Assembly (NCBI GenBank): GCA_046757165.1
Contig: JBHHXT010000004.1
Location: 1 to 64,000, forward strand
Origin: a bacterium
GTDB lineage: Bacteria; Zhuqueibacterota; Zhuqueibacteria; Oceanimicrobiales; Oceanimicrobiaceae
DNA length: 64,000 nucleotides
Reading direction: 5' to 3'
Made by a program: the position numbers and the translations under genes. Shown here one piece after another: positions 20,117 through 31,345 of the stretch (position 1 is its first letter; every line of letters starts with the position of its first letter). The notes under the pieces were generated by a model. It saw only the letters and a list, made by a program, of their open reading frames with translations. It had not been told where the DNA came from and made no database searches.

Positions 20117-22867
20117 CTATCGGGACAGGACAAGTTTTCTCACATCCGAGTGCGTGGCGGCTTGCAGCCGCACCAGATAGAGCCCGCCTTTCATTTCTCT
20201 GCCCCTGGTGTCTTTGCCATCCCAGGCAATGCGGTATTCACCTGCCGGTTGCAGCTCATCTACCAGGGTCCTGACCAGCGTGCCATCGCGTTCGTATATC
20301 CGGACAGAGACCGGGGCATGCTGAAAGAGCCGGTATCTCACGGTTGCACCTGAGGAAAAAGGCGTTGCAATCTGGAGGCTCATCGCCTGCCACGCTGTTA
20401 TTCGCTGCACCAGGTCGACGTTGCTCTCCACAAAAGACGCTTCGCGGCTCAGGTTGCGCCAGAAGAACAAGCCGCCACTGTTGTTGCCCACGAACAAGTC
20501 AGAATCACCATCGCGGTCGATGTCCGCCAGAGTCGGGACCGAGAAAGAACGCACATCGATGGCCAGGAACTTCACCTTTTGCAGCCGCCACTGCGGCGCT
20601 CTGCGCGACCCCGTGTTCTCGTACACGCTGACCGTGCCATCATTCAAGCCGACAAACAGATCCAGGTCGCCGTCGTGGTCGATGTCGGCAAACGCCGGGG
20701 CTGTGCGATACACCCGGCTCGTCCCGAGCACGTTGTCGCTCCCCTTCTTCCATGCCGGCTGCTGCCGGGACCCGGTGTTTTGATAGTAAGCCACACCGTT
20801 GACATCGGTGCCCACAAACAGGTCAGCATCCCCATCTGCATCCATATCTGCAAAGGCCGGGAACGAGTGGCTGCCGCAGAACAACGAATCATAGAAGTCG
20901 CTCACCAGCTCGAACGCCGGATGATACTTGCTGCCCGTGTTGCGGAAGAATGACATTCTGCCAAGCTTCGAGCCGCTCAACAAGTCCAGGTCCTCATCGC
21001 CGTCGAGATCGGCAAACGCCGGGATACTCCAATTCTTGACCGTGACGCTGTCAAAATAGCCGCTCACCAGGTGCCAGTTGGGGTGCAGCGCTCCGCCGTC
21101 ATTTCTGTAAAAATGAAAGCGACCGTCGTGCGCGCCGAGGACCAGGTCCAGGTCCTGGTCTGCGTCAATATCGACCAAAGCCGGGGCGCTTTGGAACCCC
21201 ACATCGACCGTTTGGCCGAAAATGGCCTGCGGTGCAGAGTTGAAGGACCGTTCCGATGGCGTGCCATTGTTTTCGAGAAACGCAACCTCCCCCTCTGCCT
21301 GCCCCAAAAATAAATCCAGGTCGCCATCGGCATCACTATCGAGGAAGGCAGGTGAGGTCACCGCCTTCACACCAACGTCGTCAAAGTTCTTGCTCGCCAG
21401 AGAAAATTTTGCCTTGCTGGCCGAACCATCGTTTTGATAAAAAAAGATTGAATTCTCATGATTTCCGACAAACAGGTCGAGATCGTTGTCGCGGTCGATA
21501 TCGACCCAGGCAGGAAAACCGATGGACCCCACATCGATTCCAAAGTAGTTCCTGGAAACCACCTTCCAGACCGGCGTGCCGGCGTCACCCACGTTGCGAT
21601 AGACCGCCAGCTTGCCTTCAATATCGCCGACGGTCAAATCATCATCCCCGTCGCCGTCGACATCTGCAAAGGTCGGCGTTGCTGTAGACTGGACTTTGAT
21701 GTTACGATTGTTGGCGGTCTTCAGAGGGCCGAGGTAGGACCAGACCGTGCGCCAGCCTGTGCCATCATTTCGGTAGAGGTGCAAATGACCGTTGAAGTCG
21801 CCCACGATCATATCGGCGTCGCCATCGCCATCGTAGTCTGTGAACGCCGGCGAGCTGTTTTCGCCTACATCGATGTTGGCATAGTTGCCGTCGAGCAAGC
21901 GGTATTTCGGGCGCGACGGCGTGCCCTCATTGCGGTAGAAGTTGAGATTGCCATCGTACTCGCCAACAAACAGGTCCTGATCCCCGTCCTGATCGATGTC
22001 CACGAACGCAGGCCGGGCCAGCCCGATGCCGCCGATATAGGCATTGGGGTTGGGCTTGCCATCGATGGTGGCCACATGCTCCTGGAGCCAGGCCGTGCCG
22101 AACAGAAAGGTGATCCTGTCGAGAAATGCCGTTGCCTGTCCCCCAAAACGATTTGCATGCAGAAAGGCGATCCATATTTGCGCGGCTCCTGCGCTCTTGA
22201 CACCCGCGACATCGCCCAGGTCGTAATTGATAAACTGCCAGCCATTGGAGCCGCCGATGGCGCTGACGCCATGAAACTGTTCGCCGTCCACGGAAATCCC
22301 CCAAAACAGCACGCCTTCGTCCGGGCCGGCGTGCAGGGAAAAATAGAACTGGAGTGTCGTCTCATCCAGGTCACGGGAGTCAAACGGTCCGGCGACAAGC
22401 CAGCTTACGGTCGGCGAGCTGTGGTCAGAAACCGTTTTGCCGCCTGCGGCCACTTCCCCACTTTTCAGACAATAGCTGCCGGAGAGGGCGTTTGCGCTCG
22501 TTTTCTCCCAGGTCGTCCCCCGGAGACCGGGCAACAGCTGCCAGAAGTGCACGGGAAAGGCGCGCTCAAAATCATCTCGAAAGAAAAAATGTTTGTTCCT
22601 GGATGGCCTCCTGGCGGCTAGATCTCTGAACTTCACGCCCGGAGCGAGCAGACGGTTTTCCCTTTGCTCAGAAAGACGGATTCGCGTTTCGAGAAAGCGC
22701 GAGCCGGCTGCCGCGCTCTTAAAGGCTCGGGCTGGCTTGCTCACTCTGATGCCTGCCTCTGTCAGCCACTCCCGGGTTTTCAGGCTCAGCTCCTGAGCAA
22801 GTGCAGTCTGTCCCGGCAGGACAAGAATGCCGAAGAAAATGATGGTCGTCAGGCGCTTACAAATCAT
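20117..22867 (-). CDS. FG-GAP/VCBS-like repeat secreted protein with FlgD-Ig C-terminal domain
   Basis: About 10 PAFxDxDxDGDxDLFVG repeats, signal peptide, LVRTL..WDG..GLYL CTD; overlaps the upstream regulator. Confidence 0.88.
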   Translation of the reverse strand: MICKRLTTIIFFGILVLPGQTALAQELSLKTREWLTEAGIRVSKPARAFKSAAAGSRFLETRIRLSEQRENRLLAPGVKFRDLAARRPSRNKHFFFRDDFERAFPVHFWQLLPGLRGTTWEKTSANALSGSYCLKSGEVAAGGKTVSDHSSPTVSWLVAGPFDSRDLDETTLQFYFSLHAGPDEGVLFWGISVDGEQFHGVSAIGGSNGWQFINYDLGDVAGVKSAGAAQIWIAFLHANRFGGQATAFLDRITFLFGTAWLQEHVATIDGKPNPNAYIGGIGLARPAFVDIDQDGDQDLFVGEYDGNLNFYRNEGTPSRPKYRLLDGNYANIDVGENSSPAFTDYDGDGDADMIVGDFNGHLHLYRNDGTGWRTVWSYLGPLKTANNRNIKVQSTATPTFADVDGDGDDDLTVGDIEGKLAVYRNVGDAGTPVWKVVSRNYFGIDVGSIGFPAWVDIDRDNDLDLFVGNHENSIFFYQNDGSASKAKFSLASKNFDDVGVKAVTSPAFLDSDADGDLDLFLGQAEGEVAFLENNGTPSERSFNSAPQAIFGQTVDVGFQSAPALVDIDADQDLDLVLGAHDGRFHFYRNDGGALHPNWHLVSGYFDSVTVKNWSIPAFADLDGDEDLDLLSGSKLGRMSFFRNTGSKYHPAFELVSDFYDSLFCGSHSFPAFADMDADGDADLFVGTDVNGVAYYQNTGSRQQPAWKKGSDNVLGTSRVYRTAPAFADIDHDGDLDLFVGLNDGTVSVYENTGSRRAPQWRLQKVKFLAIDVRSFSVPTLADIDRDGDSDLFVGNNSGGLFFWRNLSREASFVESNVDLVQRITAWQAMSLQIATPFSSGATVRYRLFQHAPVSVRIYERDGTLVRTLVDELQPAGEYRIAWDGKDTRGREMKGGLYLVRLQAATHSDVRKLVLSR

Positions 22868-24218
22868 ACTTTTTTATCTTATATCGCATGGTGCGCAGAC
22901 TGATATCGAGCGCTTTGGCAGCTTCGGACTTGTTGCCCCCGGCGCCCTCGATCGCACTCTTCAAAATAAGCCGTTCGGCCACCTCGACTTTGTCTTTGAA
23001 AGTCGGGCCACTGTTCCGCAAAAGATCCAGACTCATCTCTTTTGTCGGTTTGCCCAGGATGTCAAACGGCAGATGCTCAGGCAAAATCGTGGCACCTTCG
23101 CCCAAAACGATGGCATTTTCCACTGCGTTCTCAAGCTCGCGTACGTTCCCGGGCCACTCATACATCAAACACAGCCTCATGGCCTCCTCAGAAACTGCCG
23201 GGGGCGGAATCTTGATGGCCATGCTAAACTTCTTGACAAAATGCTGCAGCAACAACGGGATATCGTCCTTCCGCTCACGCAAAGGAGGAAGTCGGATGGG
23301 GATCACATTCAACCGGTAGTAAAGGTCTTCGCGAAATCTGCCCTGTTCGAGCGCTTTCTCGAGATCGCGATTGGTCGCCGTAATGACGCGCACGTCCACG
23401 CTGATGGTCGCCGTGCCCCCCAGGCGGGAAATCCGGCGCTCCTGTAAGACCCGCAAAAGCTTGATCTGCATGCTCTCGGAGACATCACCAATCTCATCCA
23501 GAAAGATGGTCCCCCCGTCAGCAAGCTCAAAATGGCCTTTCTTGCGGTTGTCGGCACCCGTGAACGCCCCTTTCTCGTAACCAAACAGCTCACTCTCCAG
23601 CAGCGTTTCCGGAAACGAGGCGCAACTGATTTCCACCAGCGGCTTGTTGGCCCGGGGACTATTGTAATGAATCGCCCGCGCGACCAGCTCCTTGCCCGTA
23701 CCACTTTCGCCACGAATCAGGACAGTGGACTGGGTTTTGGCGACTTTGACGATGGTCCTAAAGACCTGTTCAATCGCAGGACTCTGGCCCACGATATTCT
23801 CGAAGCTGTACGTCGACTTGACCTGCCGCTTGAGGCGCAAATTCTCGCGCTGCAGATTCTGCTCACCAATGGCCTTCTCTATAATCACAAACAGCTCGTC
23901 CAGGTCAAGCGGTTTGGTCAGGTACTCATACACGCCCCTTTTCATCGCCTCGACCGCGTCTTTGACCGAGCTATAGGCTGTCATCACGATGGTCTTTAGC
24001 TCGGGTGCAATGGGCAGCGAGCGCTGATAGAGCTCCATCCCGCTCAAATAAGGCATTTTCAAGTCGGTGAGAAGAATGTCAAAGCTGTCCTTCTCGAGAT
24101 GCTTGAGCGCCTTCTTCGCACCGTCAACGCCGACCACATCGTACCCCTCCTGGCTCAGGATTTCCACCAGGCCGGAGAGCGTGTTGCGGTCGTCTTCTAC
24201 TATCAAAATTCTCGCCAT
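22857..24218 (-). CDS. sigma54-dependent response regulator (NtrC/AtoC family; REC-AAA+-Fis HTH)
   Basis: EDD and DLKMP receiver motifs, GESGTGKE, GAFTGA, WPGNVREL, C-terminal HTH. Confidence 0.96.
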   Translation of the reverse strand: MARILIVEDDRNTLSGLVEILSQEGYDVVGVDGAKKALKHLEKDSFDILLTDLKMPYLSGMELYQRSLPIAPELKTIVMTAYSSVKDAVEAMKRGVYEYLTKPLDLDELFVIIEKAIGEQNLQRENLRLKRQVKSTYSFENIVGQSPAIEQVFRTIVKVAKTQSTVLIRGESGTGKELVARAIHYNSPRANKPLVEISCASFPETLLESELFGYEKGAFTGADNRKKGHFELADGGTIFLDEIGDVSESMQIKLLRVLQERRISRLGGTATISVDVRVITATNRDLEKALEQGRFREDLYYRLNVIPIRLPPLRERKDDIPLLLQHFVKKFSMAIKIPPPAVSEEAMRLCLMYEWPGNVRELENAVENAIVLGEGATILPEHLPFDILGKPTKEMSLDLLRNSGPTFKDKVEVAERLILKSAIEGAGGNKSEAAKALDISLRTMRYKIKKYDL

Positions 24219-25183
24219 CGCTCAACGCCTAATCCCTCTGAATTGACAATACTCTCAACCTTCCTGCCGAGCAAATAATCAGCCACACTGCCAGCGATCT
24301 CCGCGGCCACCCTGCGCTGAGCATCCACGGTGCTGGCACCAAGATGGGGGGTGGTGATGACATTGCTGAGCCCGAGCAGCGGACTCATGCCAGGAGGCTC
24401 TTTTTCAAAAACATCCAGGGCTGCGCCGGCGATCTTGCCCGCTTTCACGGCCCGGCAGAGCGCGTCTTCATCGATGACCCCCCCCCGCGCCACGTTGATA
24501 ATTCGCAGATTTGGATTGCAGGTTTCGAATTGCCTGTCGGAAAACAGGTGGCGCGTTTGCTCGTTGAGTGGCAGATGCAAGGTCAGAAAATCACACTGCT
24601 CGAGCATCTCATCGATCTCCATTTGCCCAACATGGGCTGCCTGAAAATCGGCAGCGCTGATGAGCGGGTCATAGGCGACGACAGTCATGCCAAACGCCCG
24701 GGCGCGGTTCGCCACCTCCCGGCCTATCTGGCCCAACCCGACAATACCGAGTTTCTTGCCATACAACTCCACTCCGGTAAAGGCGCTGCGCTGCCATTTG
24801 CCGGCCAGCATGGAGAGATGCGCGGCCGGTATCTGACGCGCGAGCGCGATCATCATCGCAAAGGTATGCTCCGCCGCAGAGAGGGTGTTGCCGCCGGGCG
24901 AATTCACCACTGCGATACCTTTTTGCGTCGCAGCCGCAACGTCGATGTTATCCACACCCGTGCCGGCACGGCCAATCACGCGCAGGTTCCTGCCACGCTC
25001 GATAACCCCGGCGGTCACTTTCGTGGCGCTGCGGACAATCAAGGCGTGGTAGTCTTCAATGGTGTTCTCCAGCTCCTTTGCCGGCAGCCCCGGGCTGTAC
25101 CTGACTTCGAAGTCTTGCTGTTCCAGATGGGCCACACACACATCAGCGACCGCGTCGGATACGAGTACCTTGAGTTTTGTCAT
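24203..25183 (-). CDS. serA: D-3-phosphoglycerate dehydrogenase, short form without ACT domain
   Basis: RAGTGVDN, AAEH, GLGQIG, ARG, DVFEKEP and TPHLGAST motifs. Confidence 0.85.
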   Translation of the reverse strand: MTKLKVLVSDAVADVCVAHLEQQDFEVRYSPGLPAKELENTIEDYHALIVRSATKVTAGVIERGRNLRVIGRAGTGVDNIDVAAATQKGIAVVNSPGGNTLSAAEHTFAMMIALARQIPAAHLSMLAGKWQRSAFTGVELYGKKLGIVGLGQIGREVANRARAFGMTVVAYDPLISAADFQAAHVGQMEIDEMLEQCDFLTLHLPLNEQTRHLFSDRQFETCNPNLRIINVARGGVIDEDALCRAVKAGKIAGAALDVFEKEPPGMSPLLGLSNVITTPHLGASTVDAQRRVAAEIAGSVADYLLGRKVESIVNSEGLGVERWREF

Positions 25184-25195
25184 GATGTTGTCGCT

Positions 25196-26353
25196 TCAGT
25201 GAGTTAATCCGTCGTTCTTGCTCTCCATGAAAACCTGCTGCACCGCCGAAACCCCCGCCCCGTGCTCGAACTTCCAGTCGAAATCCTGCAGGGCCAATTC
25301 CAGCGCGGAGGCCATTGCGACCATGTCCAGGGCATCGTAGTAGCCCATGTGTGCGATGCGGAAAATCCTGCCTTTCAACTGCGCCTGCCCGCCGGCGACC
25401 GTGATGCCGTACCTTTGTCGCAAATGGCGCACAAACTCCAGTCCATCAATCGTCTCAGGAATCTTGACCGCGGTCAGCGAATCGGACGGAGACCGGGCGA
25501 ACAATTCCAGGCCGACCGCCTGTACCCCCTGCCGGGTCGCGTGCGCAAGAAGGGCATAGGTTTGCCACATCTTCTCCAGGCCCTTTTCCCGGATCATCCT
25601 GAGCGCCTCCCGCAGCCCCATGAACAGTGTGATCGCCGGCGTCCAGGCAGTGGTGGCGTTGCGCTGTGCGGCCCGCTCTTTCTTCAAATCGAAATAGAAT
25701 TTGGGCAAATCAGACCGCTCGACGCGCTCCCAGGCGCGCGGGCTCATGGCCACAACCGCGAGACCGGGCGGAATCATCAGACCTTTCTGCGAGCCCGTAA
25801 CGGCAACATCGATACCCCATTCGTCCATTTTGAACGGCAGCACACCGGCCGAGGTGATCGAGTCGACCACCAGGATGGCATCAGAATGCGCATGGACGAC
25901 CTGCGCAATCTTTTGTACATCAGCCGCCACACCCGTCGAGGTCTCGCTATGGGTGACGAAGACCGCTTGCGTCGCCGGATTGCGGACCAGAAATTCCTGG
26001 ATCACCTCCGGGTCGACAGCCTCGCCCCAGGTGACGTCGAGGTTGTGGGTATCGGTTGCGTACGCCCGGCACATCTGTCCCCAGCGCTCGCCGAACTTGC
26101 CGCCGGCAACCGTGAGCACTTTGTCCTTCTTGCTGAGCAGATTGACAACGCACGCTTCCATGGCACCGCTCCCTGAGGCCGTCAGGGTCAAGACCTGCCC
26201 GTCGGTCTGGAAGAAATATTTCAGGTCATCGATGACTTCTTTGAAAATCCTTTTGAACTCCGCGCCCCGGTGGTGCATCAGGGGGTTGGACATGGCCACC
26301 TGCACCCGCTCGGGAACCTGAGTTGGCCCCGGTGTAAACAGTCTCGCTCGCAT
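25196..26353 (-). CDS. Class V PLP aminotransferase (alanine-glyoxylate / serine-pyruvate type)
   Basis: TPGPT, HSETSTG, GSQKGLM (PLP Lys) and RIAHMG motifs; ATG overlaps the engB stop codon. Confidence 0.92.
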   Translation of the reverse strand: MRARLFTPGPTQVPERVQVAMSNPLMHHRGAEFKRIFKEVIDDLKYFFQTDGQVLTLTASGSGAMEACVVNLLSKKDKVLTVAGGKFGERWGQMCRAYATDTHNLDVTWGEAVDPEVIQEFLVRNPATQAVFVTHSETSTGVAADVQKIAQVVHAHSDAILVVDSITSAGVLPFKMDEWGIDVAVTGSQKGLMIPPGLAVVAMSPRAWERVERSDLPKFYFDLKKERAAQRNATTAWTPAITLFMGLREALRMIREKGLEKMWQTYALLAHATRQGVQAVGLELFARSPSDSLTAVKIPETIDGLEFVRHLRQRYGITVAGGQAQLKGRIFRIAHMGYYDALDMVAMASALELALQDFDWKFEHGAGVSAVQQVFMESKNDGLTH

Positions 26354-26940
26354 CACGACTCCACCAAACATATGATTTGACGCAACAATTCCTTCTTCCC
26401 GGTCCCGTTCGCGGCTGAAAACGCGATGATCTGACCGCTGAAGACCTGCTGGACGTCGGCAGAGAATTTCTTTAGGTGAGTCACCAAAGCTGATTTGGAT
26501 AATTTATCTACCTTTGTCGCCACCAGGAGCACCGGCAGCCGCAAGCTCTGCAACCATTCGAGCAACTGAAGATCGAGCGGTGTGGGGCCGATGCGGCTGT
26601 CGATAATCGAAATCACGCCCTTCAATTTCTCACTTTTTCTGAGATAACTCTCGATCAGAGTTTGCCATTGCCCTCGCTCCTTTTCCGAAACCCTGGCATA
26701 TCCGTAGCCCGGCAGGTCCACAAAATAAAAACGATTGTTGATTCGAAAATAATTGAGCTGGCGGGTCTTGCCGGGCGTCGAGCTGGTTTTTGCGATTTTC
26801 TTGCGATTCAGCAAAGAGTTGATCAGGCTGGACTTTCCAACGTTCGACCGGCCGGCGAAGGCCACTTCGTGAAGATTGTCCTTCGGAATTTCTGCAACAT
26901 CGACGACGCTTTTGACAAATTCGACTGAGGTGATTTTCAT
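26353..26940 (-). CDS. engB: Ribosome biogenesis GTPase YihA/YsxC
   Basis: GRSNVGKSS, PGKT, DLPGYG and TKVDK motifs. Confidence 0.96.
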   Translation of the reverse strand: MKITSVEFVKSVVDVAEIPKDNLHEVAFAGRSNVGKSSLINSLLNRKKIAKTSSTPGKTRQLNYFRINNRFYFVDLPGYGYARVSEKERGQWQTLIESYLRKSEKLKGVISIIDSRIGPTPLDLQLLEWLQSLRLPVLLVATKVDKLSKSALVTHLKKFSADVQQVFSGQIIAFSAANGTGKKELLRQIICLVES

Positions 26941-26954
26941 TTTGGCGCCATACC

Positions 26955-29300
26955 CTAAACAAACGCCTCTTTCAAGACCTGCTCCATCTTTTTGACCGGA
27001 ATAATGTTCAACCCCTTTTTCACCCGCATATTGATCTCGCTCAGCTCGCGCTCATTCTCTTGCGGGATGATCACGTTTTCGATGCCGAAACGCTTGGCGG
27101 CCAAGAGCTTCTCATTCAAGCCGCCGATGGCCAGCACGTTCCCCCGCAGCGTGATCTCGCCAGTCACAGCCAGATTGCCCCGGACGCGCTTGCCGGTCAA
27201 AGCGGAAATCAAAGCGATGGCCATGGTCACCCCGGCGGAGGGGCCATCTTTCGGCGTCGCGCCCTCCGGCACATGGATGTGAATGTCCTTGTCTTTCCAG
27301 AACTCCCCCTCGATGCCCAGCTTGTCAGCATTCGTGCGCGCATAGGACACGGCTGCTTTGGCGGATTCCTTCATGACGTCGCCGAGCTTGCCGGTGAGCG
27401 ACAGGTTGCCTTTCCCGGCCATCAAGTTCACCTCGATCTGTAAGATGTCGCCGCCGTACTGAGTCCAGGCCAGGCCGTGGGCGGCCCCCACCCTGTTGTC
27501 CTGCTCCAGTTGCCGATCCGGATACTTTGACACGCCGAGGTACTTGTGCACAACTTTTTGGTTCACAGTGACGGCCTCGGCCCCAGTTTTGCCCTTTCGC
27601 ACGATTTCTTTCGCCACCTTGCGGCAAATCTTGGCAAGTTCGCGCTCGAGATTGCGCACACCCGCCTCGCGCGTATATTCACGGATGATGTGCAAAATGG
27701 CCGTCTCTTGAAACTCGAGCTGGCTCTTTTTCAACCCGTGTTGCTTCAACAGCTTGGGAATGAGAAATCCCTTTGCTATCTCCAACTTGTCATGCTCGAG
27801 ATAGCCGGGCAAATTGATGACTTCCATCCGGTCGCGCAGCGGTTCCGGAATCTGGCTTTCGAGATTTGCCGTGGTGATGAACAGGACCTGTGACAGGTCG
27901 TAATCCACCTCCAGGTAGTGGTCGCCAAACGCTTTGTTCTGCTCCGGGTCCAGCACCTCCAGCAGCGCGGTCGACGGGTCGCCCCGAAAATCCATGCTCA
28001 TTTTGTCGACCTCATCGAGTAAGAAAACGGGGTTGATACTCTTGGCCTTTTTGAGACTTTGAATGATCTTGCCGGGCATGGAGCCGATGTATGTTCGCCG
28101 GTGGCCCCGGATTTCCGCTTCGTCTCGCACGCCGCCCAGGGAGACGCGCACAAAATTTCGTCCCATCGCACGAGCCACGGATTTGCCGAGCGAGGTCTTG
28201 CCGACGCCAGGCGGTCCGACAAAACAGATGATCGGGCCTTTGATATTCTTCGACAGCTTGAGCACCGCCAAATGTTCGAGGATGCGCTCTTTGGGCTTGC
28301 GCAGCCCGAAATGGTCTGCATCGAGAATCTTATCGGCCGCGTCGATATCGAGGTTGTCTTTGGTCTTCTTATACCACGGGACGGCGATGAGCCAATCCAG
28401 GTAGTTCCGGATAACGGTCGCTTCCGGTGAGAAAGGCGGCGTCTGGCGCAGCTTGTCGAGCTCCTCGAACGCACGCTCCGCCGCCTCTTTCGACATCCTG
28501 GCTTTGCGGATTCTTTCACTGAAGAAGGCAAACTCGCCGTTCATTTCGCCTTCGTCGCCGAGCTCCTCCTGGATGGCCCGCATCTGCTCCTGCAGATAAA
28601 TGTTCTTTTGTGAACGGTTAATTCTGCCGCGCACACGCTCGTCCAGATCGCGCTCCAGCTCCAAGATCTCCATTTCAGACTCCAGCATCTTGATCAGTTC
28701 CGTGAGATGCAGCTCGACAGATTTGTTTTCCAGCAGCTTCTGTTTGGTCGCGACGTCGTTTTGCAGATGCGCAGAAACCAGATCCGCAAATCGCTGCGGC
28801 TGGTGCGCTTTCTCGATCGTGAGAACAATCTCATCGGGCAAACTGCGGTGGAGCATCACATAGCGTTTGAACAGATTGCCGACTCGCCGCACCTTCGCCT
28901 TGATGAGAGGCGTACTGTTTTCGGTCTCAGCGAGCACGTCGATTTGTCCCTGGAAATGGTCATCAACCGACAGGAAGCGTTTGATTCTGCCGCGCACCAA
29001 CCCTTCGATGAGCACCTTCATCAGGCCATTCGGCAACTTCAGAACTTGCAGCACACGCGCAACCACTCCGACGCGGTACAAGTCTCTGGACTCCGGATCT
29101 TCAAGGGTGACACTCTTCTGCGCGGTCAGAAACACCAGCTTGTCGAGCAGCATCGACTCCTCGATCGCTTTCAAAGACCCTTCTCTGCCGATCAGCAGAG
29201 GATAGATCATATACGGAAAGATGACGACCTCTTTCAAGGGCAGAATAGGCAGGCGCGTGTTAATCTTGATGACTTTGCCGTCACGAATGACTTTATGCAT
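26955..29300 (-). CDS. lon: Lon protease
   Basis: LON N-domain, GPPGVGKT, PKDGPSAG (catalytic Ser), GGLNEK. Confidence 0.98.
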   Translation of the reverse strand: MHKVIRDGKVIKINTRLPILPLKEVVIFPYMIYPLLIGREGSLKAIEESMLLDKLVFLTAQKSVTLEDPESRDLYRVGVVARVLQVLKLPNGLMKVLIEGLVRGRIKRFLSVDDHFQGQIDVLAETENSTPLIKAKVRRVGNLFKRYVMLHRSLPDEIVLTIEKAHQPQRFADLVSAHLQNDVATKQKLLENKSVELHLTELIKMLESEMEILELERDLDERVRGRINRSQKNIYLQEQMRAIQEELGDEGEMNGEFAFFSERIRKARMSKEAAERAFEELDKLRQTPPFSPEATVIRNYLDWLIAVPWYKKTKDNLDIDAADKILDADHFGLRKPKERILEHLAVLKLSKNIKGPIICFVGPPGVGKTSLGKSVARAMGRNFVRVSLGGVRDEAEIRGHRRTYIGSMPGKIIQSLKKAKSINPVFLLDEVDKMSMDFRGDPSTALLEVLDPEQNKAFGDHYLEVDYDLSQVLFITTANLESQIPEPLRDRMEVINLPGYLEHDKLEIAKGFLIPKLLKQHGLKKSQLEFQETAILHIIREYTREAGVRNLERELAKICRKVAKEIVRKGKTGAEAVTVNQKVVHKYLGVSKYPDRQLEQDNRVGAAHGLAWTQYGGDILQIEVNLMAGKGNLSLTGKLGDVMKESAKAAVSYARTNADKLGIEGEFWKDKDIHIHVPEGATPKDGPSAGVTMAIALISALTGKRVRGNLAVTGEITLRGNVLAIGGLNEKLLAAKRFGIENVIIPQENERELSEINMRVKKGLNIIPVKKMEQVLKEAFV

Positions 29301-29393
29301 AATCGTACTAACCTGTATAAACTAAAAAATCCTCCACAGAAGCGCGCTGAGGAAGATTTCTTTGATGGAAGAAACGATTGTTTTCTAAATTAA

Positions 29394-30641
29394 TCAAGCG
29401 CTTTTTTTGACTTGTTCAAAAGTATAAATCGGCTCGCTCCTTTTCAAGACATAATCGCGAGTAATGATACAGTGCTTGATGTCATGCCGGGAGGGGATAT
29501 CATACATGAGCTCCATCATCACCTCCTCGAAGATCGATCGCAAGGCGCGAGCGCCTGTCCGTCTGGCCTTGGCCATTCTCACAATTTCCTTCAAGGCTTT
29601 GTGCTCGAACTCGACCTCGACATCGTCCATTTCAAAGAGACGCGTGTATTGTTTCGTGAGCGCATTCTTGGGTTTGAGGAGAATCTCCAACAGCGCGTCT
29701 TCATCAAGCTCCTCCAGGACCGAAAGCACAGGCAGTCGGCCGATCAATTCCGGGATCAATCCATATTGGAGCAGATCCTCCGGCTCCACGTGCTTGAGCA
29801 AATTGCGGCTGTGCTCATCCACCACTTTGCGCGCCGTGGAGCCAAATCCGATGACTCTTTTGCCCAGACGCCTGCTGATGACTTTATTCAGCCCCACGAA
29901 GGCGCCGCCACAAATGAACAAGATATTTCTGGTGTTGATATTGATCAGATTCTGCTCCGGATGCTTTCTGCCACCCTTGGGTGGCACGGCAGCCTGAGTA
30001 CCTTCCAGCAGCTTGAGCAACGCCTGCTGCACCCCCTCGCCAGACACATCGCGAGTGATCGATGGGTTGCCATCCTTGCGCGTGATCTTATCGATTTCAT
30101 CGATGTATACGATGCCACACTCTGCCTTCTCAACATCATAATCTGCCGCCTGCAACAGACGAACCAGGATATTCTCGACGTCCTCGCCAACATAGCCGGC
30201 TTCTGTGAGGGTTGTCGCATCAGCAATCGTGAAGGGCACCTGCAAGAATTTGGCGAGTGTCTGCGCCAGCAATGTTTTCCCGGTCCCCGTCGGCCCAATC
30301 AACAAAATGTTACTCTTGTCCAGCTCGACATCGTCGAACGAATCATACGACCGGATGCGCTTGTAGTGGTTGTAGACCGCTACGGCGAGATTTTTCTTGG
30401 CGTACTCCTGCCCGATGACGTAATCATCCAGAGCACGCTTGATGTCTGTGGGAAGAAGCTCCTGATTCTCGAACGTCCGGCCGCGGCGAATATAGTCCTC
30501 TTTGATAATGTCGCTGGCACTTTTGACACATTCATTACAAATGTACACCTCCGGCCCGGTGACAATACATTCAACCTGATTCGAATTCTTGCCACAAAAC
30601 GAACAGACGTACAAACGTTCCTTGTGCTCCTTCTCGGGCAA
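29394..30641 (-). CDS. clpX: ATP-dependent Clp protease ATPase subunit
   Basis: CSFC..CNEC Zn finger, [24 protein letters not shown] loop. Confidence 0.98.
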   Translation of the reverse strand: MPEKEHKERLYVCSFCGKNSNQVECIVTGPEVYICNECVKSASDIIKEDYIRRGRTFENQELLPTDIKRALDDYVIGQEYAKKNLAVAVYNHYKRIRSYDSFDDVELDKSNILLIGPTGTGKTLLAQTLAKFLQVPFTIADATTLTEAGYVGEDVENILVRLLQAADYDVEKAECGIVYIDEIDKITRKDGNPSITRDVSGEGVQQALLKLLEGTQAAVPPKGGRKHPEQNLININTRNILFICGGAFVGLNKVISRRLGKRVIGFGSTARKVVDEHSRNLLKHVEPEDLLQYGLIPELIGRLPVLSVLEELDEDALLEILLKPKNALTKQYTRLFEMDDVEVEFEHKALKEIVRMAKARRTGARALRSIFEEVMMELMYDIPSRHDIKHCIITRDYVLKRSEPIYTFEQVKKSA

Positions 30642-30654
30642 CCCTTCCGTTCTC

Positions 30655-31278
30655 CTATTTGCTGTCGGACTTTCTCTTCGGCTTCTTCTTCATCAAGCCC
30701 TTTCTATCGATGACGTCATCGATGATGCCGTATTCTTTGGATTCTCCGGCAGACATAAAAAAATTGCGGTCTGTATCCCGGGCAATTTTTTCCACCGATT
30801 GGCCCGTGTGATAAGCGAGTATCTCGTTGAGTCGCTCACGCGCGTATAGAATTTCGCGCGATTGAATTTCGATATCCGAGGCCTGCCCTTGTGCGCCACC
30901 GAGCGGTTGGTGGAGCATGACGCGCGCGTGTGGCAAGGCGTAGCGTTTCCCTGGTGCGCCTGCGGCCAGCAGAACAGCCCCCATACTGGAAGCCTGTCCC
31001 ATACAAAACGTCACGACATCGGGTTTCACGTGCTGCATCGTGTCATAAATCGCAAGTCCTGCCGTCACGTAACCGCCTGGAGAATTGATGTACAGAGATA
31101 TATCCTTCTCCGGATCCTCACTCTCCAAAAACAACATTTGTGCAATCGCCAGACTGGCGACGGTGTCGTCGACAGCCGAGCCCAGGAAAACGATACGATC
31201 CTTCAGCAAGCGTGAGAAAATGTCATAAGCGCGTTCCCCACGTCCTGTTTGTTCAACAACAACCGGTACCAGTCCCAT
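30655..31278 (-). CDS. clpP: Clp protease proteolytic subunit
   Basis: YINSPGG, ASSMG and MLHQP motifs. Confidence 0.98.
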   Translation of the reverse strand: MGLVPVVVEQTGRGERAYDIFSRLLKDRIVFLGSAVDDTVASLAIAQMLFLESEDPEKDISLYINSPGGYVTAGLAIYDTMQHVKPDVVTFCMGQASSMGAVLLAAGAPGKRYALPHARVMLHQPLGGAQGQASDIEIQSREILYARERLNEILAYHTGQSVEKIARDTDRNFFMSAGESKEYGIIDDVIDRKGLMKKKPKRKSDSK

Positions 31279-31345
31279 AACTGCGAGCTCTTTCGTTAAA
31301 TTAATAGGTGAAACGAAACAATACGAACACTCAAAGTGCGTAACG